Shown: piece by piece, positions 10,096 through 21,551 of the stretch
How the letters are laid out: each line of letters starts with the position of its first letter
Numbering within the stretch: position 1 is the first letter of the stretch
Assembly (NCBI GenBank): GCA_041640655.1
Contig: JBEPZV010000002.1
Location: forward strand, 32,001-96,000
Direction: 5' to 3'
Origin: a bacterium
GTDB lineage: Bacteria; Acidobacteriota; Blastocatellia; HR10
Length of the DNA: 64,000 nt
Notes under the pieces: model-generated
Told to the model about the DNA's origin: nothing
Databases searched by the model: none
What the model saw: the letters and a program-made list of their open reading frames with translations, nothing else
Program-made: the position numbers and the translations under genes

Positions 10096-11112
10096 TCAAG
10101 CCATCGTCATCCTCCGCCACCGTTCGATCAGCTGCAGCTCCTCCGCTCGACGGGCGTAATTCTCCGGCGGCGGCCCATGATATTCCCGCTCGAACCATTC
10201 GATGCTCGCCCGCATCCACTCTCTCCAGGGCGTGGACCGCCATCCCAACTCCCGTTGCGCCTTCGAGATATCCAGGATCCACGAGCGCGGGATCGAATAC
10301 GGGGAGAACACGGGGTCAATGCGCTGAGCGCGCAGCCATTGCAGCGGGATGTCCACGGTCTCCACGTTGACCCCGAAGATCTCGGCCGAGAGTTTGACGA
10401 ACTCGCGCACCGAGATGATCTCCTCTTGCGCGATGTTATACACGTGCCCGATGCTCCGCTCCTCCTCCAGGAGCCGAATGAAGGCGCGCACGACGTCCTC
10501 CGAGTAGATGAAGCGCCAATCCACGCGCCCCCCATCGGGGAGGATCAGCGGAGCCCGATCCTTGATGCGCACCCAGTAGCTGTACGCCCGCAAGGTATGA
10601 TCGCGCGGGCCGATGACGATCGGCAACCGCAGGATCGTGACCGGGAAGCCGCGCTCCCGATACGCTCGCTGCAGGACCCGCTCGGCCTGGAGTTTCCCGA
10701 ACCCATAGGCGAGCTGCGGATCCTGACGGGCTCGCGCCCGCTCGGGAAGCCGCTCGGTGTCCTCCTCCCGATACGGATTCACAAGGTCCTCAAAACAGGC
10801 ATACACAGCCGCCGTACTCGTGAAGAGGAACCGCCCGGTCCGCCCGGCGAAGATCTCCACGGCCAGACGACCCTCCTCCGCCGTGAAGCCGATGTTGTCA
10901 ATGACGACATCCCACGTCCGCGAGCCGACGGCCTCTCGCAGCGACGCCGCCTGACGACGATCCCCCACAAGATGCTCGACCGAAGGGGGCAACTGAGCGG
11001 GCGTGAGGCCGCGCGTCAGGACCGTCACCCGATGCCCTTCCGCCGCGAGCCGATGGACGAGTTGAAAGCCGAAAAAGCGCGTTCCTCCGAGAACCAGGAT
11101 TCGCATCGGCAC
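10096..11112 (-). CDS. NAD-dependent epimerase/dehydratase family protein
   Basis: ILVLGGTRFFG Rossmann motif, YGFGK (YxxxK). Confidence 0.88.
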   Translation of the reverse strand: MPMRILVLGGTRFFGFQLVHRLAAEGHRVTVLTRGLTPAQLPPSVEHLVGDRRQAASLREAVGSRTWDVVIDNIGFTAEEGRLAVEIFAGRTGRFLFTSTAAVYACFEDLVNPYREEDTERLPERARARQDPQLAYGFGKLQAERVLQRAYRERGFPVTILRLPIVIGPRDHTLRAYSYWVRIKDRAPLILPDGGRVDWRFIYSEDVVRAFIRLLEEERSIGHVYNIAQEEIISVREFVKLSAEIFGVNVETVDIPLQWLRAQRIDPVFSPYSIPRSWILDISKAQRELGWRSTPWREWMRASIEWFEREYHGPPPENYARRAEELQLIERWRRMTMA

Positions 11113-11182
11113 GCTCCCACCGTTCTCTCGGCGCGCGAGCGCCGAATCCTCGGTGACCGAGGGGGGGAACGCCTCTGTCGAG

Positions 11183-11548
11183 TCAGCCCCGCTTGGCCGC
11201 CTTCGCGCGCTTGATGCGCTCCGCCGCCTTCGGATCCGCGTAGATCAGGATCGCGCGGAATTGGCTGTTGGTGACTGGCCCCAGGGCGTAATAGATGCCC
11301 GCCTTGCCGTACTGCTTCATGAACGCTTCGACCATCGCATGCGGGTTCTGCCCATTCCGAAAGCGCAGTCGAGCGACCAAGACCTTCCCCTCGCGTTGCT
11401 CCGGAGAGACGAGGAGACGCCCGCTCGCCAACCGCTCGCGACGGCGTTGTCGCCACCGCCGCTTCTGCTCCTGATACTTCTCCGGATTCGCCCGGATCCA
11501 CGCCTTCTTCATCTCCCGCTTCGTCTTGGCTGTCGCTGCAGTCGCCAT
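11183..11548 (-). CDS. Small highly basic hypothetical protein
   Basis: Strong RBS (GAGGGGAGGAG) before ATG, host-like codons, co-oriented after pepA. Confidence 0.7.
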   Translation of the reverse strand: MATAATAKTKREMKKAWIRANPEKYQEQKRRWRQRRRERLASGRLLVSPEQREGKVLVARLRFRNGQNPHAMVEAFMKQYGKAGIYYALGPVTNSQFRAILIYADPKAAERIKRAKAAKRG

Positions 11549-11599
11549 ACTCCTCCCCTCACTCGAGATATTCGCGCGTCGCCGAAAGGGCACCGCCTC

Positions 11600-13120
11600 T
11601 CACTGACGATCCGAGGACTCCCCTTCGGCCGATTGGCAGACGAAGTGCGCGAGCGTCCGCACGCCCATTCCCGTCGGCCCGCTCGCCACATAGGGCTTAT
11701 TCTCATCAAGCCACGCCGTCCCGGCGATGTCCAGGTGCGCCCACGGCGTCTCTTCGGCGAACTCCTTCAGGAAATAAGCGGCCGTGATCGCCCCGGCCTT
11801 GCGCCCTCCCACGTTCTTGAGATCGGCGATCTCGCTCTTGAGCTGCTCGCGATATTCGGGGTCCAGGGGCATCGGCCAGAGTTTCTCCCCGGCCTCGCGC
11901 CCGGCGGCGATCAGCTGCTCGACCAGAGCAGAATCATTGCCGAAGACGGCCGCATACACCGACCCGAGGGCGACCACGCAGGCTCCGGTGAGCGTGGCCA
12001 GGTCTACGATCTTCTGCGCGCCGAGCCGACGCGCATAGGTGATCGTATCGGCCAAGATGAGGCGTCCCTCGGCATCCGTGTTGATCACCTCGACGGTCTT
12101 GCCGCTCAGCGTGCGGACGACGTCGCCTGGCTTCTGCGCGCGTCCGCTCGGCATGTTCTCGGTCGCCGGCACGAGGCCGAGCACTTTGACGCGGGGTCGC
12201 AACTGCGCGATCGCGCGCATGGCGCCGAGCACGGCGGCTCCCCCCGCCATGTCGTACTTCATCTGCTCCATCCCCTCGGCCGGCTTGAGCGAGAGGCCTC
12301 CGGAATCGAAGGTGATCCCCTTGCCGAGCAACGCGATCGTCGGCAGACGACTCAACAGGGCCTCATCCTCCTCGGGGACATACCGCAGGATGATCAAACG
12401 GGCCGGTTCGTCGCTTCCGCGAGCCACGCCCAAGAGCGCCCCCATGCCCAGCTCCTTCATCCGATGCTCATCGAGCACCTCGATGTCCAAACCGTATCGC
12501 GCGGCCATGTCCTGCGCCCGACGCGCCAGCTCCACCGGCGTGAGCACGCTCGCAGGCTCGTTGACGAGATTACGCGCGAAGTTCGTCGCCTTGGCCAAGA
12601 TCGTGCCGCGCTCGATCCCCCACTGCATCTCCGCTTCGGATTCCCCCTCGGCGACCAGACGCACCTCTTCGATCGTCCGCTCTTCCTTCTCCTGCGTCTT
12701 GTAGGTGCCCGGATCGAAGAGCGCGAGCAACACGCCCTCGACGGCCGCCTGCGCGCTCCTGCGCAGATCGAGCGAGGAACGCCGCACGAGGGCCATCGAG
12801 CGGATCCCCCGCTGCCGCAGGAATCGCGCCGCCGTGCCCGCCACGCGACGGATGGTCTCCGTGGTGAAGTCGGACCGCTTCCCCGCTCCCACAATGAGGA
12901 CGCGCGAGGCCGCCAACGCGCCCATCGTGGGCACGTAGAACGTCTCGCCGAACTTCCCCTTCACCTCACCGGACGCGAGCGCCGACGCGAGCACGCCGCG
13001 CAAGCGCTGATCCAGCTCGCGCAGCATCCCATCCTCAAGCGTGTCCTCTTCGAAGAGGCTGACGCAGAGGGCTTCGACATCAACCTCGAAGAATCTCCGA
13101 AAGTCCGGCTTGATGCGCAT
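11600..13120 (-). CDS. pepA: Leucyl aminopeptidase (M17)
   Basis: GKGITFDSGGLSLKP, MKYDMAG, NTDAEGRL, DLATLTGA. Confidence 0.96.
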   Translation of the reverse strand: MRIKPDFRRFFEVDVEALCVSLFEEDTLEDGMLRELDQRLRGVLASALASGEVKGKFGETFYVPTMGALAASRVLIVGAGKRSDFTTETIRRVAGTAARFLRQRGIRSMALVRRSSLDLRRSAQAAVEGVLLALFDPGTYKTQEKEERTIEEVRLVAEGESEAEMQWGIERGTILAKATNFARNLVNEPASVLTPVELARRAQDMAARYGLDIEVLDEHRMKELGMGALLGVARGSDEPARLIILRYVPEEDEALLSRLPTIALLGKGITFDSGGLSLKPAEGMEQMKYDMAGGAAVLGAMRAIAQLRPRVKVLGLVPATENMPSGRAQKPGDVVRTLSGKTVEVINTDAEGRLILADTITYARRLGAQKIVDLATLTGACVVALGSVYAAVFGNDSALVEQLIAAGREAGEKLWPMPLDPEYREQLKSEIADLKNVGGRKAGAITAAYFLKEFAEETPWAHLDIAGTAWLDENKPYVASGPTGMGVRTLAHFVCQSAEGESSDRQ

Positions 13121-13121
13121 A

Positions 13122-13580
13122 TCACCTCCGGTACTCCTTCAAAATGGCCTGCGTCTCCCGTTCGATCGCCTTGCGGCGCGCGGCCTCCCGCTTATCGTGA
13201 AGCTTGCGCCCGCGCGCCAACGCGATCTCGAATTTCACCCGCCCGTTCTTCAGATAGCATCGGGTCGGAACGAGGGTGAGCCCTTTCTCCTGCACCTTGC
13301 CCATCAAGCGCATGATCTCCGATTTGTGCAAGAGCAGCTTCCGCGTGCGCGTCGGATCATGATTCAACCGCCCCCCGTGCGGATACGGACTGATGTGCGC
13401 ATTGACCAACCACGCTTCGCCATTCCGAATTATAGCATAGGCGTCCTTGAGCTGAATTCGCCCCTGGCGAATGGACTTCACCTCTGTGCCCGTGAGCACG
13501 GCACCGCACTCGTAGGTCTCCAGGAGATCGTAGTTGTGGTACGCCTGCCGATTTGTGGCGATGATCTTCTCCGTCGCCAT
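13122..13580 (-). CDS. smpB: SsrA-binding protein
   Basis: NRQAYHNY, LTGTEVKSIR, RTRKLLLHK, HDKRE. Confidence 0.97.
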   Translation of the reverse strand: MATEKIIATNRQAYHNYDLLETYECGAVLTGTEVKSIRQGRIQLKDAYAIIRNGEAWLVNAHISPYPHGGRLNHDPTRTRKLLLHKSEIMRLMGKVQEKGLTLVPTRCYLKNGRVKFEIALARGRKLHDKREAARRKAIERETQAILKEYRR

Positions 13581-13592
13581 GGTGAGCCTCGC

Positions 13593-14606
13593 TCAGATCT
13601 CCCGCTTGAGCGGCCGCTCCATCAAAGCGGCGGCGACCTCGCGCGGGTCCCGTCCCTCGTACAAGAGGGCATGTACGCCCGCCGTGATCGGCATCTCCAC
13701 GCCGAGCCGCCGACTGAGACGGTAGACGGCGCGCGTCGTCCGCACGCCTTCGGCCACCTGACGCATGCCGGCGAGGATCTCCGGCAATTTCCGCCCTCGC
13801 CCCAGCTCGATCCCCACGCGCCGATTGCGCGAGAGCTGCCCCGTGCACGTGAGCACCAGATCGCCGAGGCCGGCCAATCCGGCCATCGTCTCGGCCCGCC
13901 CGCCGAGGGCGACGACCAGACGCGTCATCTCCGCCAAGCCACGCGTGATGAGCGCCGCGACGCTGTTGCTCCCCCAGCCCAATCCCGTGACCACCCCCGC
14001 ACCAATGGCGATGACGTTCTTCACCGCTCCCCCGAGCTCCACCCCCACGACATCCGGACTCGTGTAGATCCGAAACGATGGCCCCGAGAGCAGCCGTTGA
14101 ACCCACTGGCTGTACTCGAGCGGATACGAGGCGGCGACGACGGCCGTCGGATCGCCGCGCGCGACTTCCCGTGCGAAGCTCGGACCGGAGAGCACGACAA
14201 TTCGGGGCTCGAACTGATCGCGCAAGACCTCGCGCAAGACTTCGGACATCCGCATCTGCGTCTCCACCTCGATCCCCTTGGTCGCGCTGACAAAGAGCAT
14301 GCGCGGATGAAGGAGCGGGCGCAGGCGTTCGTACACCGCGCGACACACATGCGAGGGGAGGGCACCGATGACCACCTCCGCACCCTCCAGCGCCTCCTCA
14401 AGCGACATCGTCGCGCGCACACTCGGAGGGATCGAAAAGCCCGGCAGATAAACAGCGTTCTCGCGATGCTCGCCGATCGCCCGCGCGATCTCCGCATCAT
14501 GACTCCACAGCCGGACGGTATGTCCGCGCTGGGCCGCCAAGATCGCGAGCGCCGTCCCCCAACTGCCGGCGCCGATGATCGCGATGCGATGCGAGCCCTC
14601 GTTCAT
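13593..14606 (-). CDS. gpsA: NAD(P)H-dependent glycerol-3-phosphate dehydrogenase
   Basis: GAGSWGTALA, LSGPSFAREV, GGAVKNVIAI, GDLVLTCTGQLSRNR. Confidence 0.96.
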   Translation of the reverse strand: MNEGSHRIAIIGAGSWGTALAILAAQRGHTVRLWSHDAEIARAIGEHRENAVYLPGFSIPPSVRATMSLEEALEGAEVVIGALPSHVCRAVYERLRPLLHPRMLFVSATKGIEVETQMRMSEVLREVLRDQFEPRIVVLSGPSFAREVARGDPTAVVAASYPLEYSQWVQRLLSGPSFRIYTSPDVVGVELGGAVKNVIAIGAGVVTGLGWGSNSVAALITRGLAEMTRLVVALGGRAETMAGLAGLGDLVLTCTGQLSRNRRVGIELGRGRKLPEILAGMRQVAEGVRTTRAVYRLSRRLGVEMPITAGVHALLYEGRDPREVAAALMERPLKREI

Positions 14607-15238
14607 GAGAGGCGAGCCCCGAGCTTGCGCTCCGTCCCCGCCAGCAGTCGCCGGATATTCTCCCGATGCCGGAAGATGATCAATCCCCCGGTCACGGCGG
14701 CCGTCACGATCAACGGTTCGATCTCCTGCGGCGGATGGCGCAAGACCCTCCCTTCCCAGAACCAGATCCAGAAGGGGATCGAAGCGGTCGCGAAGATGGA
14801 CCCGAGCGAGACATAGCGCTTCGCATACACGACGACCGCCCACAGCGCGAGTCCCGAGACGACGGCCAGGGGAGAGAGGAGCAGATACCCCCCTGCCCCC
14901 GTTGCGACCCCCTTTCCCCCACGAAACCCGATCCAGATCGGGAAGATGTGCCCGGTGACGGCGCACGCCACCGCCCATCCCATCCACCAGGGGTCGTTCG
15001 CCGTCAGCTTCCCCGCGAAGAGCACGGCCGCCATCCCTTTCCCGATGTCCAGAAGGCCCGTGAGCACCCCTCCCTTCGCCCCGGCGATCCGACTCACGTT
15101 GGTCGCCCCGATGCTGCGACTCCCGATCGTGCGCACGTCGAGGCGATCCGTGAAGACGTACTTGACCAGCAGGTATCCGAAGGGGATCGAACCGAGAAGA
15201 TACGCGCCGATCATCCCGAACATGGAACGCATGAACAT
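14603..15238 (-). CDS. plsY: Glycerol-3-phosphate acyltransferase PlsY
   Basis: YLLGSIPFG, GSRSIGATNVSR, FRGGKGVAT, RHRENIRRL. Confidence 0.94.
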   Translation of the reverse strand: MFMRSMFGMIGAYLLGSIPFGYLLVKYVFTDRLDVRTIGSRSIGATNVSRIAGAKGGVLTGLLDIGKGMAAVLFAGKLTANDPWWMGWAVACAVTGHIFPIWIGFRGGKGVATGAGGYLLLSPLAVVSGLALWAVVVYAKRYVSLGSIFATASIPFWIWFWEGRVLRHPPQEIEPLIVTAAVTGGLIIFRHRENIRRLLAGTERKLGARLS

Positions 15239-15383
15239 CGCTTCCCCCCTTTCGCGAAAGGGAAATCATATCGGATGCCTCCGACGCTGACAAGGAAGGC
15301 GCGCGCCTCCCCCTCGCGGGAGGGACGTCCTCCATCAAGCCCTTGATCGAACCGAGCGGCCTGCGCCATACTTCTGGCGGACC

Positions 15384-16205
15384 ATGGAAGGAGCGCCCTA
15401 TCTCTCCGTCATCGTTCCGGCCTTCGACGAGGCCCGTCGGATCGTGCGCTCGCTTCGAGAGATCACCGACTATCTGGAGCAACGTCCCTTCCCGAGCGAG
15501 GTGATCGTCGTGGACGATGGGTCTCGGGATGGGACGGCCCGTCTGGTCCAAGCCTTCGCCGACGCGTGGCGGAGCGAACACGTGAGCGTGCGCCTGTTGC
15601 GGAATGAGCGCAACCTCGGAAAAGGCTACAGCGTTCGCCGAGGCTTCCTGAACGCGCGCGGCGAGATCGTCCTCTTCACTGATGCCGATCTCTCCGCGCC
15701 CATCGCGGAGGTCGAGCGGCTGCTCCAGCTCATCGAGGCCGAAGGTGCGGACGTCGCCTTCGGCTCGCGCGGTCTCGATCGCCGCTTCATCCAAAAACCC
15801 CCCACGCGAGCGCGGCAGTGGGCCGGGCGGATCTTCAATCTCCTCGTGCGCCTCCTCACCGGCCTCCCGTTCAAGGACACGCAATGCGGCTTCAAGGCGT
15901 ATCGGCGCGCGCCCCTACTCCCCATCTTTCAGCACCAGCGGATTCGCGGCTTCGGATTCGACGTGGAGATCCTCTATCTGGCGCGAAAGTGCGGCTTGCG
16001 CCTTCGCGAGACGCCGGTCCTCTGGGCCCATGCGGAGGGGACGAAGGTCCGCCTCCTGCGCGATGCCTGGCGCATGGCGCTCGATCTCATACGTATTCGG
16101 GTGAACGATTGGCTGGGCCGCTATCGGCTGCCGACGGCGGCTGCTACGACCATCGCACGATGCCCGCAGGATGCGGCATTGACGCGGCCTCGCGATCTGC
16201 CGTAG
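15384..16205 (+). CDS. GT2 glycosyltransferase, dolichyl-phosphate glucosyl/mannosyltransferase-like
   Basis: VVDDGSRD, GKGYSVRRG, FTDADLS, DTQCGFK, FGFDVEIL. Confidence 0.9.
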   Translation: MEGAPYLSVIVPAFDEARRIVRSLREITDYLEQRPFPSEVIVVDDGSRDGTARLVQAFADAWRSEHVSVRLLRNERNLGKGYSVRRGFLNARGEIVLFTDADLSAPIAEVERLLQLIEAEGADVAFGSRGLDRRFIQKPPTRARQWAGRIFNLLVRLLTGLPFKDTQCGFKAYRRAPLLPIFQHQRIRGFGFDVEILYLARKCGLRLRETPVLWAHAEGTKVRLLRDAWRMALDLIRIRVNDWLGRYRLPTAAATTIARCPQDAALTRPRDLP

Positions 16206-16241
16206 CATGATCCTTTCCCCGCGGGCGAGGGGATGGGCAAC

Positions 16242-17294
16242 ATGGGTGAGACCGAACGCATTCGGTTGACACAACTGAGCCACGGTGCCGGTTGAGCGTG
16301 CAAGCTCAGCCAGAAGGACCTGGTCGAGGTCCTGAGCACATTGGCGCCGGTGGACGATCCGCATGTGCTCATCGGGGTGGCGACCTCCGATGATGTGGGC
16401 GTCTATGTCCTCAACGAGGAGATGGCGCTCGTCCTCACCACGGATTTCTTCACGCCCGTTGTGGATGACCCCTATGCGTTCGGACAGATCGCCGTCGCCA
16501 ATGCCCTCAGCGATCTCTACGCCAAAGGCGTCGAGCCGCTCGTGGCGCTGAATCTCGTGGGATTCCCGGCGAAGAAACTCCCCCTTCGCCTCTTGAGCGA
16601 GATCTTGCGCGGCGGCAGTGACAAGGCGCGCGAGGCGGGCGTCGTCATCCTCGGTGGACATACGGTGGATGACCTGGAGCCGAAATACGGCCTGGCCGTG
16701 CTCGGCCTCGCGCGCCCGACGGAGATCATCCCGAATTCGGGCGCGCGCCCGGGCGACCGCTTGGTCCTGACGAAACCGCTCGGCCTGGGGATCATCACAA
16801 CGGGCATCAAGCGCGAGCGCGTCTCGCCAGAGATCGAAGCCGAAGCCATCCACGTCATGACGACGCTCAACCGCGCGGCCGCGCGCGCCATGCGGCAGAT
16901 CGGTGTGCACGCCGCGACGGACGTCACCGGATATGGACTGCTCGGCCACTTGCGCACTCTGCTTGTCGCCAGCGGCGTGAGCGCCACGATCTGGCTCTCG
17001 CGCGTTCCGGTCCTCACGGCGACCTGGGAGCTGGTCGCCGAACGCATCGTGCCCGGCGGCACGCTCACCAACCACGCCTACCTCGCGCCGTTTGTGGACT
17101 GGGCACCGGACATCTCCGAAGACGCGCAGCTGGTCCTCTGTGATGCGCAAACGTCGGGGGGAGTTCTGATCGCCGTCGCTTCGGAGAAGACGGAGGCGCT
17201 CTGCGACGCACTGCGCGAGAACGGCGCGCTCGCGGCTTCCGTCATCGGGGAGATCACCGCCGGAGCCGCAGGGCGCGTTCGCGTCCTCCCCTGA
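16242..17294 (+). CDS. selD: Selenide, water dikinase, selenocysteine-containing (in-frame TGA at 16293-16295)
   Basis: MGETERIRLTQLSHGAG-U-ACK in frame with the track ORF 16341..17294 (TTDFFTP, GGHTVDD, TDVTGYGLLGH, DAQTSGG); alternative ATG at 16233. Confidence 0.93.
16304..16337 (+). promoter_or_regulatory. Putative bacterial SECIS element
   Basis: AGGACCT-GGTCG-AGGTCCT hairpin with G-led loop 26 nt after the UGA; possible lower GCTC/GAGC stem. Confidence 0.72.
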
Positions 17295-17295
17295 T

Positions 17296-19059
17296 TCACC
17301 CTTCCATCAGGCCCGACTTCACCAACCCCTCATCCGGCACGCGCACCAACAGGACGGGACATCTCGCGTGATCGAGGACCTTGCGACTCACGCTGCCCAT
17401 GAGGAAGCGGAAGATCCCACTGCGTCCGCGCGCCCCCATGACGATGAGATCCGCGCCCATCTGATCCGCGAGCTTCAGGATCTCCTCGGCCGGATCGCCC
17501 ATGACCATGAGCTGCCGATGCGACGTCAGACCACGTCGCGCGAGCTCGGCGTTGGCTTCGGCGAAGATGCGCTCGGCCTCCAACTGATGCGCGGCTCGCC
17601 ACTCGGCCTCTCGCTCCGGGCTGACATAGCTGCTGCGCTCGATCCGAGAAAGCGGCGCGACGTACAACAGCGTGATCTCCGCCCGCGCGGCATCCAGCAA
17701 CTGACTCACCCGCTCGACGGCCAAGCGGGCATTGGGCGATCCATCCACAGGGATGAGAATGCGACGCGCGCGCTCAGCCCGCTCCGGTTGCGCACTCTCG
17801 CTCAAGGCCGCGACCGCCGGCAGCGGCATCCCGGCCAGGACTTTCAGCGCCGATTCGCCGCCCGTGCTCAGATGGCGAATCCGCTCCACGGGGAGGCCGA
17901 AGTGACGAATGGCTTGCGTCAGGCTGTCCCCGCAGACGATGATGTCTTTCTTCTCCGCCGGAACGCGTTCGGTCACATACTGAGCCAAGGCGCGCGTCCC
18001 CTCTGCGAACGGGGCGTCCTCCCACCGCCCGAGCGGCCCGTTCCAAAAGATCGTGCGCGCCCAATCGAACAGCTCCACCAGATGATTGACCGTCATCGGC
18101 CCGATGTCCACGGCCACGGCATACGCCGGGATCTCCGACGCCACAACGACATGGCGCGGGAGCGCGGCGATCTTCTCCGGATCTCCCTGCGCCTGCTCCA
18201 AAGCCTCCGCATCCACGACGACGAAGTCCGAAGGGAAGACGAGTCCGGTCGGATAGATCTCCCCCCGGCTCCCGAGCACCTGCTCGGCCCGCGCCAGGAA
18301 ATTCTCGGCGAGCTTCAGAAACGCGGTCTCCACCGGAGAGTGCCCGACCTCATATCCTTGCGCCTTGAGGAAGGTGAAACAGAGCGCGCCGCCGATGAAC
18401 AGACGATCCACGCGGGGGAGCAGATTCTCCAAGACCGGCAATTTCTCCGACAGTCGCGCCCCGGCGACGAGCGCCAGAAATGGCTTCTGGGGACTCTTCA
18501 ACACGGCCTCCAACATCAGCAGCTCACGTTCCATCAGCAACCCGGCGGCCGCCGGGGTCACATAGCGCGTGATGCCCACGGTCGAGGCCTGCCCGCGATG
18601 CGCGAGCCCAAAGGCATCGTTGCAATAGACGTCGGCCAGATCGGCCAACTGACGGGCGAAGGCCGCATCGTCCAAATCCTCCTCCGCGTGGAAGCGAAGA
18701 TTCTCCAACATCAGGACCTCGCCCGGCTTCAGCTCATCCACGAGCCGTTCGACCTGACGCCCCACGCATTCGTTCGCTTTCCGAACGGGCCGTCCCAAGA
18801 TGTGGCTCAAGCGCTCGGCGAGAGGATCCACGCGCCAGGCTTCCACCACTTGCCCGCCCGGCTGTCCCCAATGCGTGCCGATGACGACGCGAGCCCCCGC
18901 CTCGATCAACAAGCGCAGCGTCGGCACCACCTGCTGCAGCTTGAAATCATCGGCGATCTCCCCGGTCGCTCCCCGCCGCGGCACGTCCCCATCTATGCGC
19001 ACGAAGACGCGCCGTCCCGAGAGCGTATCCCGCAGACGACCGATCGTGAGCTTCTCCAT
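17296..19059 (-). CDS. Phosphoglycerate kinase-like domain (degenerate motifs) fused to C-terminal universal stress protein domain
   Basis: LENLRF, NDAFGLAHR, DIGP, WNGP, STGG PGK motifs; then ILIPVDGS...GARGRSGIFRFLMGSVS USP domain. Confidence 0.88.
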   Translation of the reverse strand: MEKLTIGRLRDTLSGRRVFVRIDGDVPRRGATGEIADDFKLQQVVPTLRLLIEAGARVVIGTHWGQPGGQVVEAWRVDPLAERLSHILGRPVRKANECVGRQVERLVDELKPGEVLMLENLRFHAEEDLDDAAFARQLADLADVYCNDAFGLAHRGQASTVGITRYVTPAAAGLLMERELLMLEAVLKSPQKPFLALVAGARLSEKLPVLENLLPRVDRLFIGGALCFTFLKAQGYEVGHSPVETAFLKLAENFLARAEQVLGSRGEIYPTGLVFPSDFVVVDAEALEQAQGDPEKIAALPRHVVVASEIPAYAVAVDIGPMTVNHLVELFDWARTIFWNGPLGRWEDAPFAEGTRALAQYVTERVPAEKKDIIVCGDSLTQAIRHFGLPVERIRHLSTGGESALKVLAGMPLPAVAALSESAQPERAERARRILIPVDGSPNARLAVERVSQLLDAARAEITLLYVAPLSRIERSSYVSPEREAEWRAAHQLEAERIFAEANAELARRGLTSHRQLMVMGDPAEEILKLADQMGADLIVMGARGRSGIFRFLMGSVSRKVLDHARCPVLLVRVPDEGLVKSGLMEG

Positions 19060-19159
19060 AGGCCCCCCTCCCGATCACAACCCCCCCCACATGGAGCAGA
19101 ATAGGGGGACAGAGCGCATCGTGGTCCGAACCTTCGTCCGCGCGTGTCACGCCTCGGTC

Positions 19160-19438
19160 TCATGCCTGCGTCGTGGCCACCAAGCGATGGACCAGAGTCG
19201 TCAGGCGCGACTTGTACCGAGCCGCCGCATTCCGATGAATGACGCCCTTCTGAATGGACTTATCAATGATCGAGACCGTCTGCGGCAGAAGCTCTCGCGC
19301 CAACTGCGCATCGCCCGCCTCGATCGCCCGGCGCAGCTTCTTGATGTACGTGCGCAGACGCGAGAGATTGCGCCGATTGATCTCGCGCCGCTTCAGATTC
19401 TTCCGCAATTGCTTCTTCGCCGATTTCGTACGCGGCAT
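19160..19438 (-). CDS. rpsT: 30S ribosomal protein S20
   Basis: MPRTKSAKKQLR...KGVIHRNAAARYKSRL. Confidence 0.95.
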   Translation of the reverse strand: MPRTKSAKKQLRKNLKRREINRRNLSRLRTYIKKLRRAIEAGDAQLARELLPQTVSIIDKSIQKGVIHRNAAARYKSRLTTLVHRLVATTQA

Positions 19439-19506
19439 GTCCTCCCCTCCCAGGCTCATCCCTCGATCGAAGGGAGATCAAGTATACGGATGCCCTCGGA
19501 TGAGTG

Positions 19507-21406
<1,900 letters not shown>

Positions 21407-21551
21407 TCAGGCGAGCAATTGTGGCCGATCCGCGCCACAGAGTGCAAGCGCTCGCTCGCCTTCCCTCTTCGCGCGCCGGGCCATTGCTCCTGTCGAAAAA
21501 CCGGCCTAAACTCTCGCCGTCAGGAGACGAGGACGCATAAGGAGGAGAACG

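Noticed and set aside
126..13279. Long antisense or alternate-frame ORFs such as 126..1292, 5405..7759 and 11153..13279 (and many similar across the window)
   Set aside because: Arg/Pro/Ala-rich shadows of well-supported genes in high-GC DNA, with no motifs
13122..13600. tmRNA next to smpB
   Set aside because: No intergenic space on either side
14607..15884. Apparent long N-terminal fusion to gpsA
   Set aside because: Open frame across plsY and the GT2 gene; not protein-like
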